Source: a virus. From it: DNA of 64,000 nucleotides. The position numbers and the translations under genes were made by a program. The stretch covers positions 1 to 64,000 of IMG/VR virus record IMGVR_UViG_3300027762_000003, one strand, 5' to 3'. The stretch's first letter is position 1. The number at the start of each line of letters is the position of its first letter. Positions 55,638-63,983 of this stretch are shown here, piece by piece. Below the pieces are notes generated by a model. That model searched no databases, had not been told where the DNA came from, and saw only the letters and a program-made list of their open reading frames with translations.

Positions 55638-57120
55638 CATACAAGCCAGAATTAATGAAAAGCTTAATCGGAGGCGACAAAAACGCAGAGAAGGCAGGAG
55701 GTCACCACTAATTAAGCTTGAGCAAGCGATCTCCGACATCGATGGGCCAGTTGATTTCACACGCCAGATTCTTGGCATCAAGCTCTACCCCAAACAAGAA
55801 GAACTCTTAGCCGCGATCTGGCAACCTGGAGTTACCCACGTGGTGTTGTCACTCGGCAGACGTTCCGGTAAGACCACCATGGCGGCTATTTGTGCGGTTT
55901 ATGCTGCAATCTGCTTGGGCGATCGCTACCGTAAAGCGCTTGGTCTACGCTCCACGTTTAATATCCTCTGTATCGCCAACAAGGAGGCACAATCCAAAGT
56001 CGCGCTAGGGATGATTAGGGACTTAATTCAGAAAGCGCCCCTACTCAAACCCTTAATCAAGCGCCAAGCAATGGAAACCCTAGAACTAACCAACGGGGCA
56101 ATCTTTACGGCATCCCCCGCCTCATCTAGGGGTATCCGTGGGGAAGCATCACCCCTAATTATTTTCGATGAGTTGGCTCACTCCCTCGACACATCCGGAA
56201 ACGCAGCCGGTGACCAACTCTATCAAGCGGTGGCTCCTGGCGCTGCTCAGTTCGGGAAGTACGCCAAGATTCTTATGCTTTCTACCCCATGGATTCAAGG
56301 GGGAATTTTTTGGGACTTCTATAACCAAGGGCAATCCCCCGATTACCCGTCCACGTTCTCTATTTCCTTGCCAACATGGGAAGTTAACCCCCATCTACCC
56401 TATGATGGGGAATTCCTCAAAGAAGAGCGCGATCGCGACCCATGGTCATTTAACATCGAGTACGGCGCTAACTTTGCCTCACCCGTAGGCGCTTTTCTCT
56501 CGTCTGATGACGTGGAAGCGTGCATACTCAGAGAACATGCCAACCCCACCCCAACGAAGTCAGACCACTACTACACCCTTTCTCTTGACCCTGCTAAAGG
56601 TGGGCGGGATGAGTATGTAGCCTGCATCCTCCACTGGGAAAAGGATGAGTGCATAGTCGATCGCTGGTATGTATTTGAGCCATCCGTCCAGGATGGTAAG
56701 CGGAAACTCGTAAGCGTGGAAGAAGTAGAGAATTGGATTATCGAGAGCGATCGCCGCTACCGGTTCCACAAGATTATCCTCGACCAGTACAACAGTCAAA
56801 GCACTATACAGAGCCTAAAGAAGCGCGGGTTACCTTGCCGTGAACTTCATTGGTCAGCCAAGTCGGTGACGGAAGCCTACACCAAACTAAGAAACCTGGT
56901 CATCTCTGGCAACCTAAACCTGTACCGGCACAAGAAGGCGATCGAACAGTTGAAGGGATTAATTGTGAGGTACAACAGCGTAGGCACAATGTCTATTAGC
57001 GGCGGTGACGGTGCGGGGGTTGACGACTACTGCGCTGCTCTTGCCGGCGCTGTGTTGGTGAGTACGCCACCCAGACCGCCAGGGCGATCGGGTACGTTCT
57101 CGATGAGTATGTGGGGGTGA
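55630..57120 (+). CDS. terL: Terminase large subunit
   Basis: LYPKQ, GRRSGKT, IRG, IIFDELAH, LSTP, EYGANF, SLDPA, LDQY, DDYCAALA. Confidence 0.93.
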   Translation: MISIQARINEKLNRRRQKRREGRRSPLIKLEQAISDIDGPVDFTRQILGIKLYPKQEELLAAIWQPGVTHVVLSLGRRSGKTTMAAICAVYAAICLGDRYRKALGLRSTFNILCIANKEAQSKVALGMIRDLIQKAPLLKPLIKRQAMETLELTNGAIFTASPASSRGIRGEASPLIIFDELAHSLDTSGNAAGDQLYQAVAPGAAQFGKYAKILMLSTPWIQGGIFWDFYNQGQSPDYPSTFSISLPTWEVNPHLPYDGEFLKEERDRDPWSFNIEYGANFASPVGAFLSSDDVEACILREHANPTPTKSDHYYTLSLDPAKGGRDEYVACILHWEKDECIVDRWYVFEPSVQDGKRKLVSVEEVENWIIESDRRYRFHKIILDQYNSQSTIQSLKKRGLPCRELHWSAKSVTEAYTKLRNLVISGNLNLYRHKKAIEQLKGLIVRYNSVGTMSISGGDGAGVDDYCAALAGAVLVSTPPRPPGRSGTFSMSMWG

Positions 57121-57132
57121 CCCCACTACTGC

Positions 57133-57855
57133 CTAGCAGCAAAGGTAGGAGAGAAATTGCCCTCCGTTACCTTCCCAGATTGTCGATTTGGCTCCTTCTA
57201 GGACAAGGTATCGGACTGTCCGGATCATGGTTTCCCAGTCTTCTACCGGAAAGCTCATTAAAAGTCTTTCCTCTAACTTTAGCCGTCCTATAGAGTCCAC
57301 CTCTACAGCCCCAAAGGGGACGTGACGTTTCCCCAATGGTATGTCTTCCCCACCGGCAGTTGCCAGGATTACCTTGGCTCCAGACCTTAGCTCAGGGGCG
57401 ATCGCCTCGTAGTTGGCGTTTAGCCAGTGGGCGACATCCCCACTCATCAATCCATTGCTGGCAATTTCCGCCAGTAGGTCGGTAATCTCTAATCCATCCT
57501 TGGACTCTAACACCATGGACAACCGTCCATCGATTCGCGCGGTAGCGATCGCGTACCGGATACCGTAGGCAGCTTCACGGAGAGAGTCTCCACACCGGAA
57601 AAGCTTGTAGACCAAGTCGGTCACTCGCTCCATATCCGAATTTCGGACATCTACCAGGCTTAACCCGTAGCCTGCTAGGGCTTCTAGAGCCTGTGCCTTT
57701 AGCGCTGCTTTGGCGCTAAAGGATTTGAAGCTTACGAACCGCGCCCCAATCCCGGAGGCAACCACAAACCAGCAATTAGCCCATTTTTCTACCCGCTTGA
57801 TAGCAGTGACCTCTACAGATAGGATGTTAGCGAATTGAGAGAAGAAGTTAAACAT
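57133..57855 (-). CDS. Hypothetical protein
   Basis: GAGG SD, own family promoter (57895-57933). Confidence 0.65.
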   Translation of the reverse strand: MFNFFSQFANILSVEVTAIKRVEKWANCWFVVASGIGARFVSFKSFSAKAALKAQALEALAGYGLSLVDVRNSDMERVTDLVYKLFRCGDSLREAAYGIRYAIATARIDGRLSMVLESKDGLEITDLLAEIASNGLMSGDVAHWLNANYEAIAPELRSGAKVILATAGGEDIPLGKRHVPFGAVEVDSIGRLKLEERLLMSFPVEDWETMIRTVRYLVLEGAKSTIWEGNGGQFLSYLCC

Positions 57856-57948
57856 TGGGGAACCTCGTAGGATAAAGGGCTGTAGCCGTTTGGTTATATT
57901 TCTATAATAGTATAATGTTTCGCTATTGTCAAGCAGTTTACCAAAAGA

Positions 57949-57973
57949 AAAACCCGGTAGTTAACCGGGTTTT
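57949..57973. terminator. Repeated terminator family CCCGG-(N3)-GTTAAC-CGGG
   Basis: Related copies at 58675-58700, 58725-58745, 63432-63456, 63748-63764. Confidence 0.7.
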
Positions 57974-57990
57974 GATTTAGCGAATTAAGA

Positions 57991-58332
57991 TCAAAGCTTG
58001 TTCCATTCCTTGGGGAAGAACCCAGGATCTGCAATCATTGCTTGTCTATGTTCCTCGGCTTCTCTGCGTGCTTGTGGACTGTTCCAGTCAAATCCCTTCA
58101 TAAAAGGGTTTTCCTTAACTTTGTAAGCGCGACAAAGATAGTCGTCATTGGGCGCGTGTTTCCTCACGAATTCGGTGCAGTCTTCCAGCTTTTCAACATA
58201 GAAAAGCGCGTCTTTGATCCCTTTAGGGGTTTTGGGGAACTCGTGAGTCTTGCCCGTCCGATCTTTTACGAACACTCGTTCGCCGACAGTCTTGATACAT
58301 CCTTGTTTTACGTTGGGAGTTTTAGCAGCCAT
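57991..58332 (-). CDS. Hypothetical protein
   Basis: AGAGG SD, family promoter 58350-58394. Confidence 0.65.
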   Translation of the reverse strand: MAAKTPNVKQGCIKTVGERVFVKDRTGKTHEFPKTPKGIKDALFYVEKLEDCTEFVRKHAPNDDYLCRAYKVKENPFMKGFDWNSPQARREAEEHRQAMIADPGFFPKEWNKL

Positions 58333-58473
58333 GATTTAGTCCTCTTTGTTTTGTCTATATCTATACAATAAGGGAATGTTTCGCTATTGTCAAGCAGTTC
58401 AGTAAATCAGATCTAGCATTGACAATAGCCAGATATATGAGTATTATAGAGTTATAGATGAACGGAGAACACC

Positions 58474-58656
58474 ATGAACTACACAACCATTGAAGAAATC
58501 AAAACCCTGAGCAAGAAAGACGCTTTAGCGCTACGCAAGGACTATCTGAAAGAGATCCCCTTCTACGTTTCGATGGGCGGCGATCGTGATGAGACTGCTG
58601 TAGAGATGAGGTTGGTAGTTGGGCTTATAGATAGCCTCTACCCCAGGAAAAAATAA
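58474..58656 (+). CDS. Small hypothetical protein
   Basis: Family promoter at 58419, GGAG SD, terminator at 58675. Confidence 0.65.
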   Translation: MNYTTIEEIKTLSKKDALALRKDYLKEIPFYVSMGGDRDETAVEMRLVVGLIDSLYPRKK

Positions 58657-58783
58657 AGGGAAATAAAGAAAAGTAAATCGGGGTTAACCCCGATTTTTTT
58701 ATTGGTTATATTTAGGCAAAGAAAAACCCGGCGGTTAACCGGGTTGTAGTTCATGTCCCGTAGGCGGGGCTGATGGGATGGGG

Positions 58784-59065
58784 TTAACCGGGATATTCCC
58801 ACTCTTCAAATACATTTAGTGATTCTTCAATAAGCTTCATATCGCGAATGTCTCGGCATTTGCACCGATTAATGTTAATACCGGGTACACGATAGGCGGG
58901 GGGTTCACTCCCCTCGATCAAGGTCGAGGGAGGGATCAGCGAGGCGATCGCCTCTTGCTCAGAATCCGCTTCTATAAATAACCGGTGGGTTACGATCTCT
59001 TTTATCTCTATAATATATCTAGCCATGATTTTGTCCTCTTTGTTGTGTGTGTAGTATGTGGTCAT
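58784..59065 (-). CDS. Hypothetical protein (start may be MARYII at 59026)
   Basis: AGAGG SD before MARYII; YIIEIKE...IEADSEQEAI motif common in phage ORFs. Confidence 0.55.
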   Translation of the reverse strand: MTTYYTHNKEDKIMARYIIEIKEIVTHRLFIEADSEQEAIASLIPPSTLIEGSEPPAYRVPGININRCKCRDIRDMKLIEESLNVFEEWEYPG

Positions 59066-59140
59066 GCCCTCAAAGGAGAGGGCGGTGAAAATCAGTATAT
59101 GTGGTCATGCCCTCAAAGGAGAGGGCGGTGAAAATCAGTA
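59055..59140. repeat. Exact 43-bp tandem duplication containing a GCCCTC/GAGGGC hairpin
   Basis: TATGTGGTCATGCCCTCAAAGGAGAGGGCGGTGAAAATCAGTA x2. Confidence 0.95.
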
Positions 59141-59584
59141 GACGTAGTTTAGAGAATCGGCTTTCCAGCATCCGTGATCGCGATCGCCCCAGTAGATCTC
59201 CTCCTGCCCTCGCTGGTAGTCGTCATCATCCCGTTGTGCTTTCTTGTAGCCAGCCATGTACGCCTGGCTGGTTTCTTGGGGTTCCAAGCCGGTCAACCAA
59301 TCCTCGTACCCACGGCGGTGGGTACGGGCATAATCATCTGGGCGGTAGGCGAGTGCCACCTTGTAGCCCAGCTCATAAAACTTGAAAAAATATAAATTTT
59401 CTTTTTGGGTGTGCAGGGGGGAGAAGGGGCGGTAGGCGAGTGCGTCAGCCACAGCCTGACGCACAATGAGGGAACCGGGGCAGCGATCGTAGCGAGGCGA
59501 GAGGTGGTAACCGATGGTGGGGTCGGTGTAGATCGAAGAGTAGGTCGAGAGGTGAAGTGTGTTAGACTTGTCGTTAGAAGACAT
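59135..59584 (-). CDS. Hypothetical protein
   Basis: AGGT SD, family promoter 59651-59691; Y..GY repeats. Confidence 0.6.
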   Translation of the reverse strand: MSSNDKSNTLHLSTYSSIYTDPTIGYHLSPRYDRCPGSLIVRQAVADALAYRPFSPLHTQKENLYFFKFYELGYKVALAYRPDDYARTHRRGYEDWLTGLEPQETSQAYMAGYKKAQRDDDDYQRGQEEIYWGDRDHGCWKADSLNYVY

Positions 59585-59762
59585 GAGGTTTTACCTTTTG
59601 TTTGCGAGTGAGAGGGAAGCGAGACTTTGGTCGGTAGCGCTTCCCTTTCGTGTATATCTCTATAATAACTAAACATTTCGCTGTTGTCAAGTAGAAAAAT
59701 AAAATTCATTCAAGTAAGCCGCAATCCTTTTGTGGGAAGGCGTTGAGGGCGATCGGTTGTGC

Positions 59763-59854
59763 TATAATAATCAAAAGCCCAGAGCGCAGGATTGCGGGAA
59801 ACAATCCAGGCTCTATCACCGGGCTGGTCAACCTAGAACAAGTAGGCCAACTAC
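59763..59854 (+). promoter_or_regulatory. -10 box plus structured leader (copy D, expanded first stem)
   Basis: TATAAT...GCCC AGAGC..GGATTG..CAATCC..GCTCT..GGGC TGGTCAACCT AGAACAAGT AGG CCAAC TAC ATG. Confidence 0.65.
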
Positions 59855-60574
59855 ATGGATTTTACCGAATTAGTGTCCAGCACACAACGTGCTGATGGTT
59901 TTGTCAACGCTACCAAGTGGTGTAAAGAATTTGGCTATGAAGTCAAAAATTGGAAGCGACTGCCTGAGACCAAGAAGCGAGCCAAAGCTTTACAGGATGA
60001 GGTTTTCAGGTTAACGGGTGAAAAAATTACGCCCATTATTTCTGAGAATAAAGGACGTGCCGGATCGGTAACTTGGGTACATCCCATCATGGCTATCCAC
60101 TTAGCCCAATACCTTTCCCCTGAGTTTGCCAACTTTGTCGCTGAAGTCTTTCAACGCTACCTTGAGTCCGATATCACCCTGGCTGATGAGATCGTGCAGC
60201 GCCAAGATGATCCAGAGCGGGTTAAGTGGCTGAAGGAGCGGATTGAGGGCAAGCTTGCACGTTTCTATTTCACTGATGTTCTGAAACGACATGGAGTCGG
60301 TGAAGTCAATCGGGGTCGGTATCGTGAGAACGGCTACGCTCTCTGCACCGAGGCAATCAACAAAACCCTTTTCGGCAAGACTGCCAAGCAGATCCGGGAA
60401 GAGCGCCAAGTCCAAGAAACCAGGGACGGATTAAGCCGCGTGGAATTGGCAGCGCTCAACTTAGCTGAAACGATCGCCGCCGAAAATATCCGAGAGGGCG
60501 ATCGCCGTGGCAATCGGCAGTGCCGGGACAGTTGTCAGGACGCGGCATCAAGGGTGCGCCGCGTCTTTGATTAG
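59855..60574 (+). CDS. KilA-N domain DNA-binding protein
   Basis: RADGFVNATKWCK...WKRLPETK...TWVHPIMAIHLAQYLSPEF. Confidence 0.92.
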   Translation: MDFTELVSSTQRADGFVNATKWCKEFGYEVKNWKRLPETKKRAKALQDEVFRLTGEKITPIISENKGRAGSVTWVHPIMAIHLAQYLSPEFANFVAEVFQRYLESDITLADEIVQRQDDPERVKWLKERIEGKLARFYFTDVLKRHGVGEVNRGRYRENGYALCTEAINKTLFGKTAKQIREERQVQETRDGLSRVELAALNLAETIAAENIREGDRRGNRQCRDSCQDAASRVRRVFD

Positions 60575-60597
60575 CGGGTCACAGGTTCTCACCTAGT

Positions 60598-61104
60598 TCA
60601 CTTCCCAACGAAGTGAACCCAACAACCCCCGTCTGGCATACAGGCTTCCTTGATTAGGGCGTAGGAGTAGTGCAGGTTTTTCCCTGATGCCTTAGTATCA
60701 TAGCCGTCAGCCCACCACTCCCCCCACGGGTCGTTTACAAAGAACCCCCTTTCGTCAAAACCCTTGACCACAATGATATGTCCAGAACTGGTGAAGTATC
60801 CGTGGATAATACAAGGTTTTTTTGCTATTAAATGGTCTTTAATATCTTTAATCCGAGCGTCACTACGAAATTCATCTTTGTGTCCATAGTCTTTAATTAA
60901 AGAAGCTAAATCATGGGGACTGTGACGGTCTAGTCCATGGTCAAGGCAGTATCGGTAAAGCTCGTCTTCTAGTTGCTCATTGGGGTTTGCTGGTTTAACC
61001 CCATAGTAAAGCAAACACATTGCAACGCTCGACACATTACACGATCCGGATGGATTATATTCATTGTCTCGCTGTGATCTGTAGGGAACATCTAGATTAA
61101 TCAT
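60598..61104 (-). CDS. C39-like peptidase, candidate endolysin
   Basis: VPYRSQRDN...SCNVSSVAM, GHIIVVKG, VNDPWG. Confidence 0.85.
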   Translation of the reverse strand: MINLDVPYRSQRDNEYNPSGSCNVSSVAMCLLYYGVKPANPNEQLEDELYRYCLDHGLDRHSPHDLASLIKDYGHKDEFRSDARIKDIKDHLIAKKPCIIHGYFTSSGHIIVVKGFDERGFFVNDPWGEWWADGYDTKASGKNLHYSYALIKEACMPDGGCWVHFVGK

Positions 61105-61211
61105 AATTACCCCCCCACTTCTTATTCCCTTTAACTTAAATTCTAGAGACCTATATATATTATAGCTTCATCAAAAATGAACTAGAATAAAGGTATTTTA
61201 TCTCTAAAAAT

Positions 61212-62555
61212 ATGCCCTATTCACCTGAAGTTAAATGGGATTTTTACCAAGGCGATCACGAAACAGCGATCGCCTACTGGAGTGGCCCCCGCCCATCCGA
61301 AACCCAACGCAGTGCCGACACATTTAACCGGTATCTTGACCAGTCGATTAACACCTACAACATCATCAAGGAACTGGTGTCCCACTATGTGAACGCCTTA
61401 GTAGGTAAGCCATTCAACTATCCAGAAGATGAACTTCTATCTGAGTGGCTCCATACCCAAAGACGCTTATCCGCTTTCCGTCGTCGCGCCGACCCATTTA
61501 TGGAGGCGGTCACACAAGCGCTAGTCTCTGGGCGATCGTTCATCCGCTTGTACACCCCGGAAAGATTCCAGAACTCTAAAAATTCCCTACTCCTAGTTAC
61601 CCCGCACCTGTGCCATCTTCAAGACTCTAAGCCAGAGTACGATTCTGATGGATTCTTAAATCGATTCACCTATACCTATCGCGATTCAAAGGGCGGGCGA
61701 AAGCAAGAAGTATATTTCATTGATGAATCGGGATACACTCACATCCTGGCTAATGGTGAGGAGATTATTGTCGATCGCCGTGGGATGATGCCTATCTTTG
61801 AGCTATCGGTCGATCCGGTAATCTCGGATGCTGCCATCTGTGCCCAGAGAGCGCTTACCGTACTACTCACGATGTTAAATGAGTTTATCTGCTCTTCTGC
61901 CCTTCCTGAGCATATCGTCACCAATGCTCAAGTACCAGGTGAAATCATTGAAGATCCCGATCACCCTAGGGGACAACGGTTTGAGCCGAGACAAGATCTA
62001 CTTGAGTTTGGGGCTAACCAGTTAGTGATGCTCGATGGGAAACCAATCGGCGATCCAGATATGCCATCAGGGTTCACCAGTCCGTCCGTTTACTTCAAGG
62101 AACCGAGTAACCCGCAAACTTTTAGGACTGCATTAGACATCCTCATGGAGACGGTTTATAGAGAGGCGGGATTGGGGCATTTACTGACGAGTGGAGATGG
62201 TTCATTGTCCGGGGTAAGTCGTGCCACACTAAAGTCCGACTTTGAGCTTCGACTAGGGAACTATAGGGAATATATTGAGGATTTCTTTAACGCTATTCTG
62301 GAGTATGTCTTGATTGAATTGGGGCAAAAAGACCCCTATGTAGAGACTCAATTAAATCTTGATACCGGGAATATTTTACCAGAGGAACGTAATGCAATCT
62401 TAGAGGAACTCAACTCAGGAATCCGATCTCGTAGGTCTGCTATGCGGGCGCTCGGCATTGAAGACCCTGATGCAGAGGAGGAGCAAATACTACTGGAACA
62501 AAACCGGGATATGGGGGTGACCGATATCCCGGATGAAGAAGCTACCCTCGATTAA
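61212..62555 (+). CDS. Probable portal protein (SPP1-like)
   Basis: FYQGDH, NIIKELV...LVGKP, SGVSR, GIRSRRSAMRALGIEDPDAEEEQI. Confidence 0.8.
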   Translation: MPYSPEVKWDFYQGDHETAIAYWSGPRPSETQRSADTFNRYLDQSINTYNIIKELVSHYVNALVGKPFNYPEDELLSEWLHTQRRLSAFRRRADPFMEAVTQALVSGRSFIRLYTPERFQNSKNSLLLVTPHLCHLQDSKPEYDSDGFLNRFTYTYRDSKGGRKQEVYFIDESGYTHILANGEEIIVDRRGMMPIFELSVDPVISDAAICAQRALTVLLTMLNEFICSSALPEHIVTNAQVPGEIIEDPDHPRGQRFEPRQDLLEFGANQLVMLDGKPIGDPDMPSGFTSPSVYFKEPSNPQTFRTALDILMETVYREAGLGHLLTSGDGSLSGVSRATLKSDFELRLGNYREYIEDFFNAILEYVLIELGQKDPYVETQLNLDTGNILPEERNAILEELNSGIRSRRSAMRALGIEDPDAEEEQILLEQNRDMGVTDIPDEEATLD

Positions 62556-63210
62556 AGTTTAAGCGGGTTCTTTTTAGATAATCCCCAACTAGATCCTCTT
62601 TCTTGCTGGCCGGGCGATCGTTACTTGGTGCGCTTGGCAGCGATCGCTCCCGTGTTTGGGGTTCAGGTGATTCTCGCTTGAGCGCGGGGAGGAACATGCT
62701 GAGGGTCGGGTCACTGGCGATCGCCTGGGTTATTTCCTGAGATTGGTAATATGCTTTCCCTCCTGAAATCTCAATGCTGTCCACATCAATAGCCGAAATA
62801 TTAGAGAGGATATTTGCATCAAACCCAGTTAGCCTACTCACCTCTTGCAGCGTGTATTTCCGGTTGATGGTTTGCAATTCTTGTCGGCTTTCCGCTAATT
62901 CATTCTTAGCCAGTTCCAAGTCTGATTTCATCCTTTGATTAGCCAGGTGTAAATCTCGTTTCTCTTGTGAGACTTTCTTCACTACCTGGTCAATGGAAAT
63001 CGTCGGATCACTACCCTCTAATAGGCTTTGGATTTCTGATTGTGCGCTTGCCAACTCAGCTTCAGCCTTGCGCAACTTATCGTTCTTTTCCCTGATTTCA
63101 CCAATAACTTTAGTCTTGCCGGATTCTAGTTCGGAAATTCGAGAGGCGATCGCGGTTTTTATTTCTTCATCCGCAATAGCCTCTAAGGCTTGTTCGTAAT
63201 TGTAAGGCAT
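62542..63210 (-). CDS. Probable capsid scaffolding protein
   Basis: Coiled-coil N-terminus, P.LF-like motif and Pro/Ser tail; adjacent to the portal. Confidence 0.5.
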   Translation of the reverse strand: MPYNYEQALEAIADEEIKTAIASRISELESGKTKVIGEIREKNDKLRKAEAELASAQSEIQSLLEGSDPTISIDQVVKKVSQEKRDLHLANQRMKSDLELAKNELAESRQELQTINRKYTLQEVSRLTGFDANILSNISAIDVDSIEISGGKAYYQSQEITQAIASDPTLSMFLPALKRESPEPQTRERSLPSAPSNDRPASKKEDLVGDYLKRTRLNFNRG

Positions 63211-63222
63211 AGTATTTTTAGG

Positions 63223-63341
63223 GTTTCAATCTCTGATATTGAATTATCTATTAGAAATCGCCGGTTGATCTCACCAGCAAATTGTGGCTGCCAAGACTGC
63301 ACCACCATACCCCCCGAAACCGGGGAACATCCGAGGACGTT
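63223..63341 (-). ncRNA. Putative structured RNA/leader: four hairpins followed by a solitary CRISPR-like repeat (63223-63259)
   Basis: Extended -10 TGTTATAAT (63348-63356); hairpins start at the predicted +1; ends GATTTCTAATAGATAATTCAATATCAGAGATTGAAAC. Confidence 0.5.
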
Positions 63342-63484
63342 AGAATTATTATAACAGCAAAACAAAGACAATTAGAGTCAACGATTGCCCCACCCCCACC
63401 CGCATTTCTACGAGTGGGGGTGGGGCAACAGAAAGCCCGGTTAACCACCGGGCTTTGGGCATATTTAATATTCGATTTATTGCA

Positions 63485-63781
63485 TTACATCCAAGGGCAT
63501 CCAGAATATCCGTGCCTATAGATTACCCAATCAATGGATTTCTTCAAATCCTCTCCTTCATCAAGGATATTCTTCATGTCGTCATAAAACAGCCAGTCTT
63601 GGGTGTAAATTCTCCACCCATCCTCTCCTTCATTCCGATTCCGAACTGCTACGGTGCTTTCAGTGAATCGGACTTCGTGGGTTGTTCCAGTGAATAACGA
63701 GTTCATAACGAGTTCATATTGGTTTCCTTTTTGCGATTGAAAGAAAACCCGGCGGTTAACCGGGCTGTGGGGTGGGGTCAT
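63485..63781 (-). CDS. Hypothetical protein (start may be MNSLF at 63706)
   Basis: Family promoter 63805-63846; AGGAG SD before 63781. Confidence 0.5.
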   Translation of the reverse strand: MTPPHSPVNRRVFFQSQKGNQYELVMNSLFTGTTHEVRFTESTVAVRNRNEGEDGWRIYTQDWLFYDDMKNILDEGEDLKKSIDWVIYRHGYSGCPWM

Positions 63782-63983
63782 ATTGGTCTCCTTGTTTTTT
63801 GTTTTGTGTATATTACTATAATAACTGAACGTTCAGCTAATGTCAATTGATTTAGGGAAAAAACTTTTCTAGATCCTTCAAGCCCTTATAGTTGCCACAC
63901 TTTAGGTGATCGCCCTATAATAGATTCAACTCAGCCACTGGTGGCATTCAGTCGCGTGCTGGCACGTACGACTGATTGGAGAG

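Noticed and set aside
59055-59140. Two-repeat CRISPR mini-array
   Set aside because: The copies are directly adjacent with no spacer
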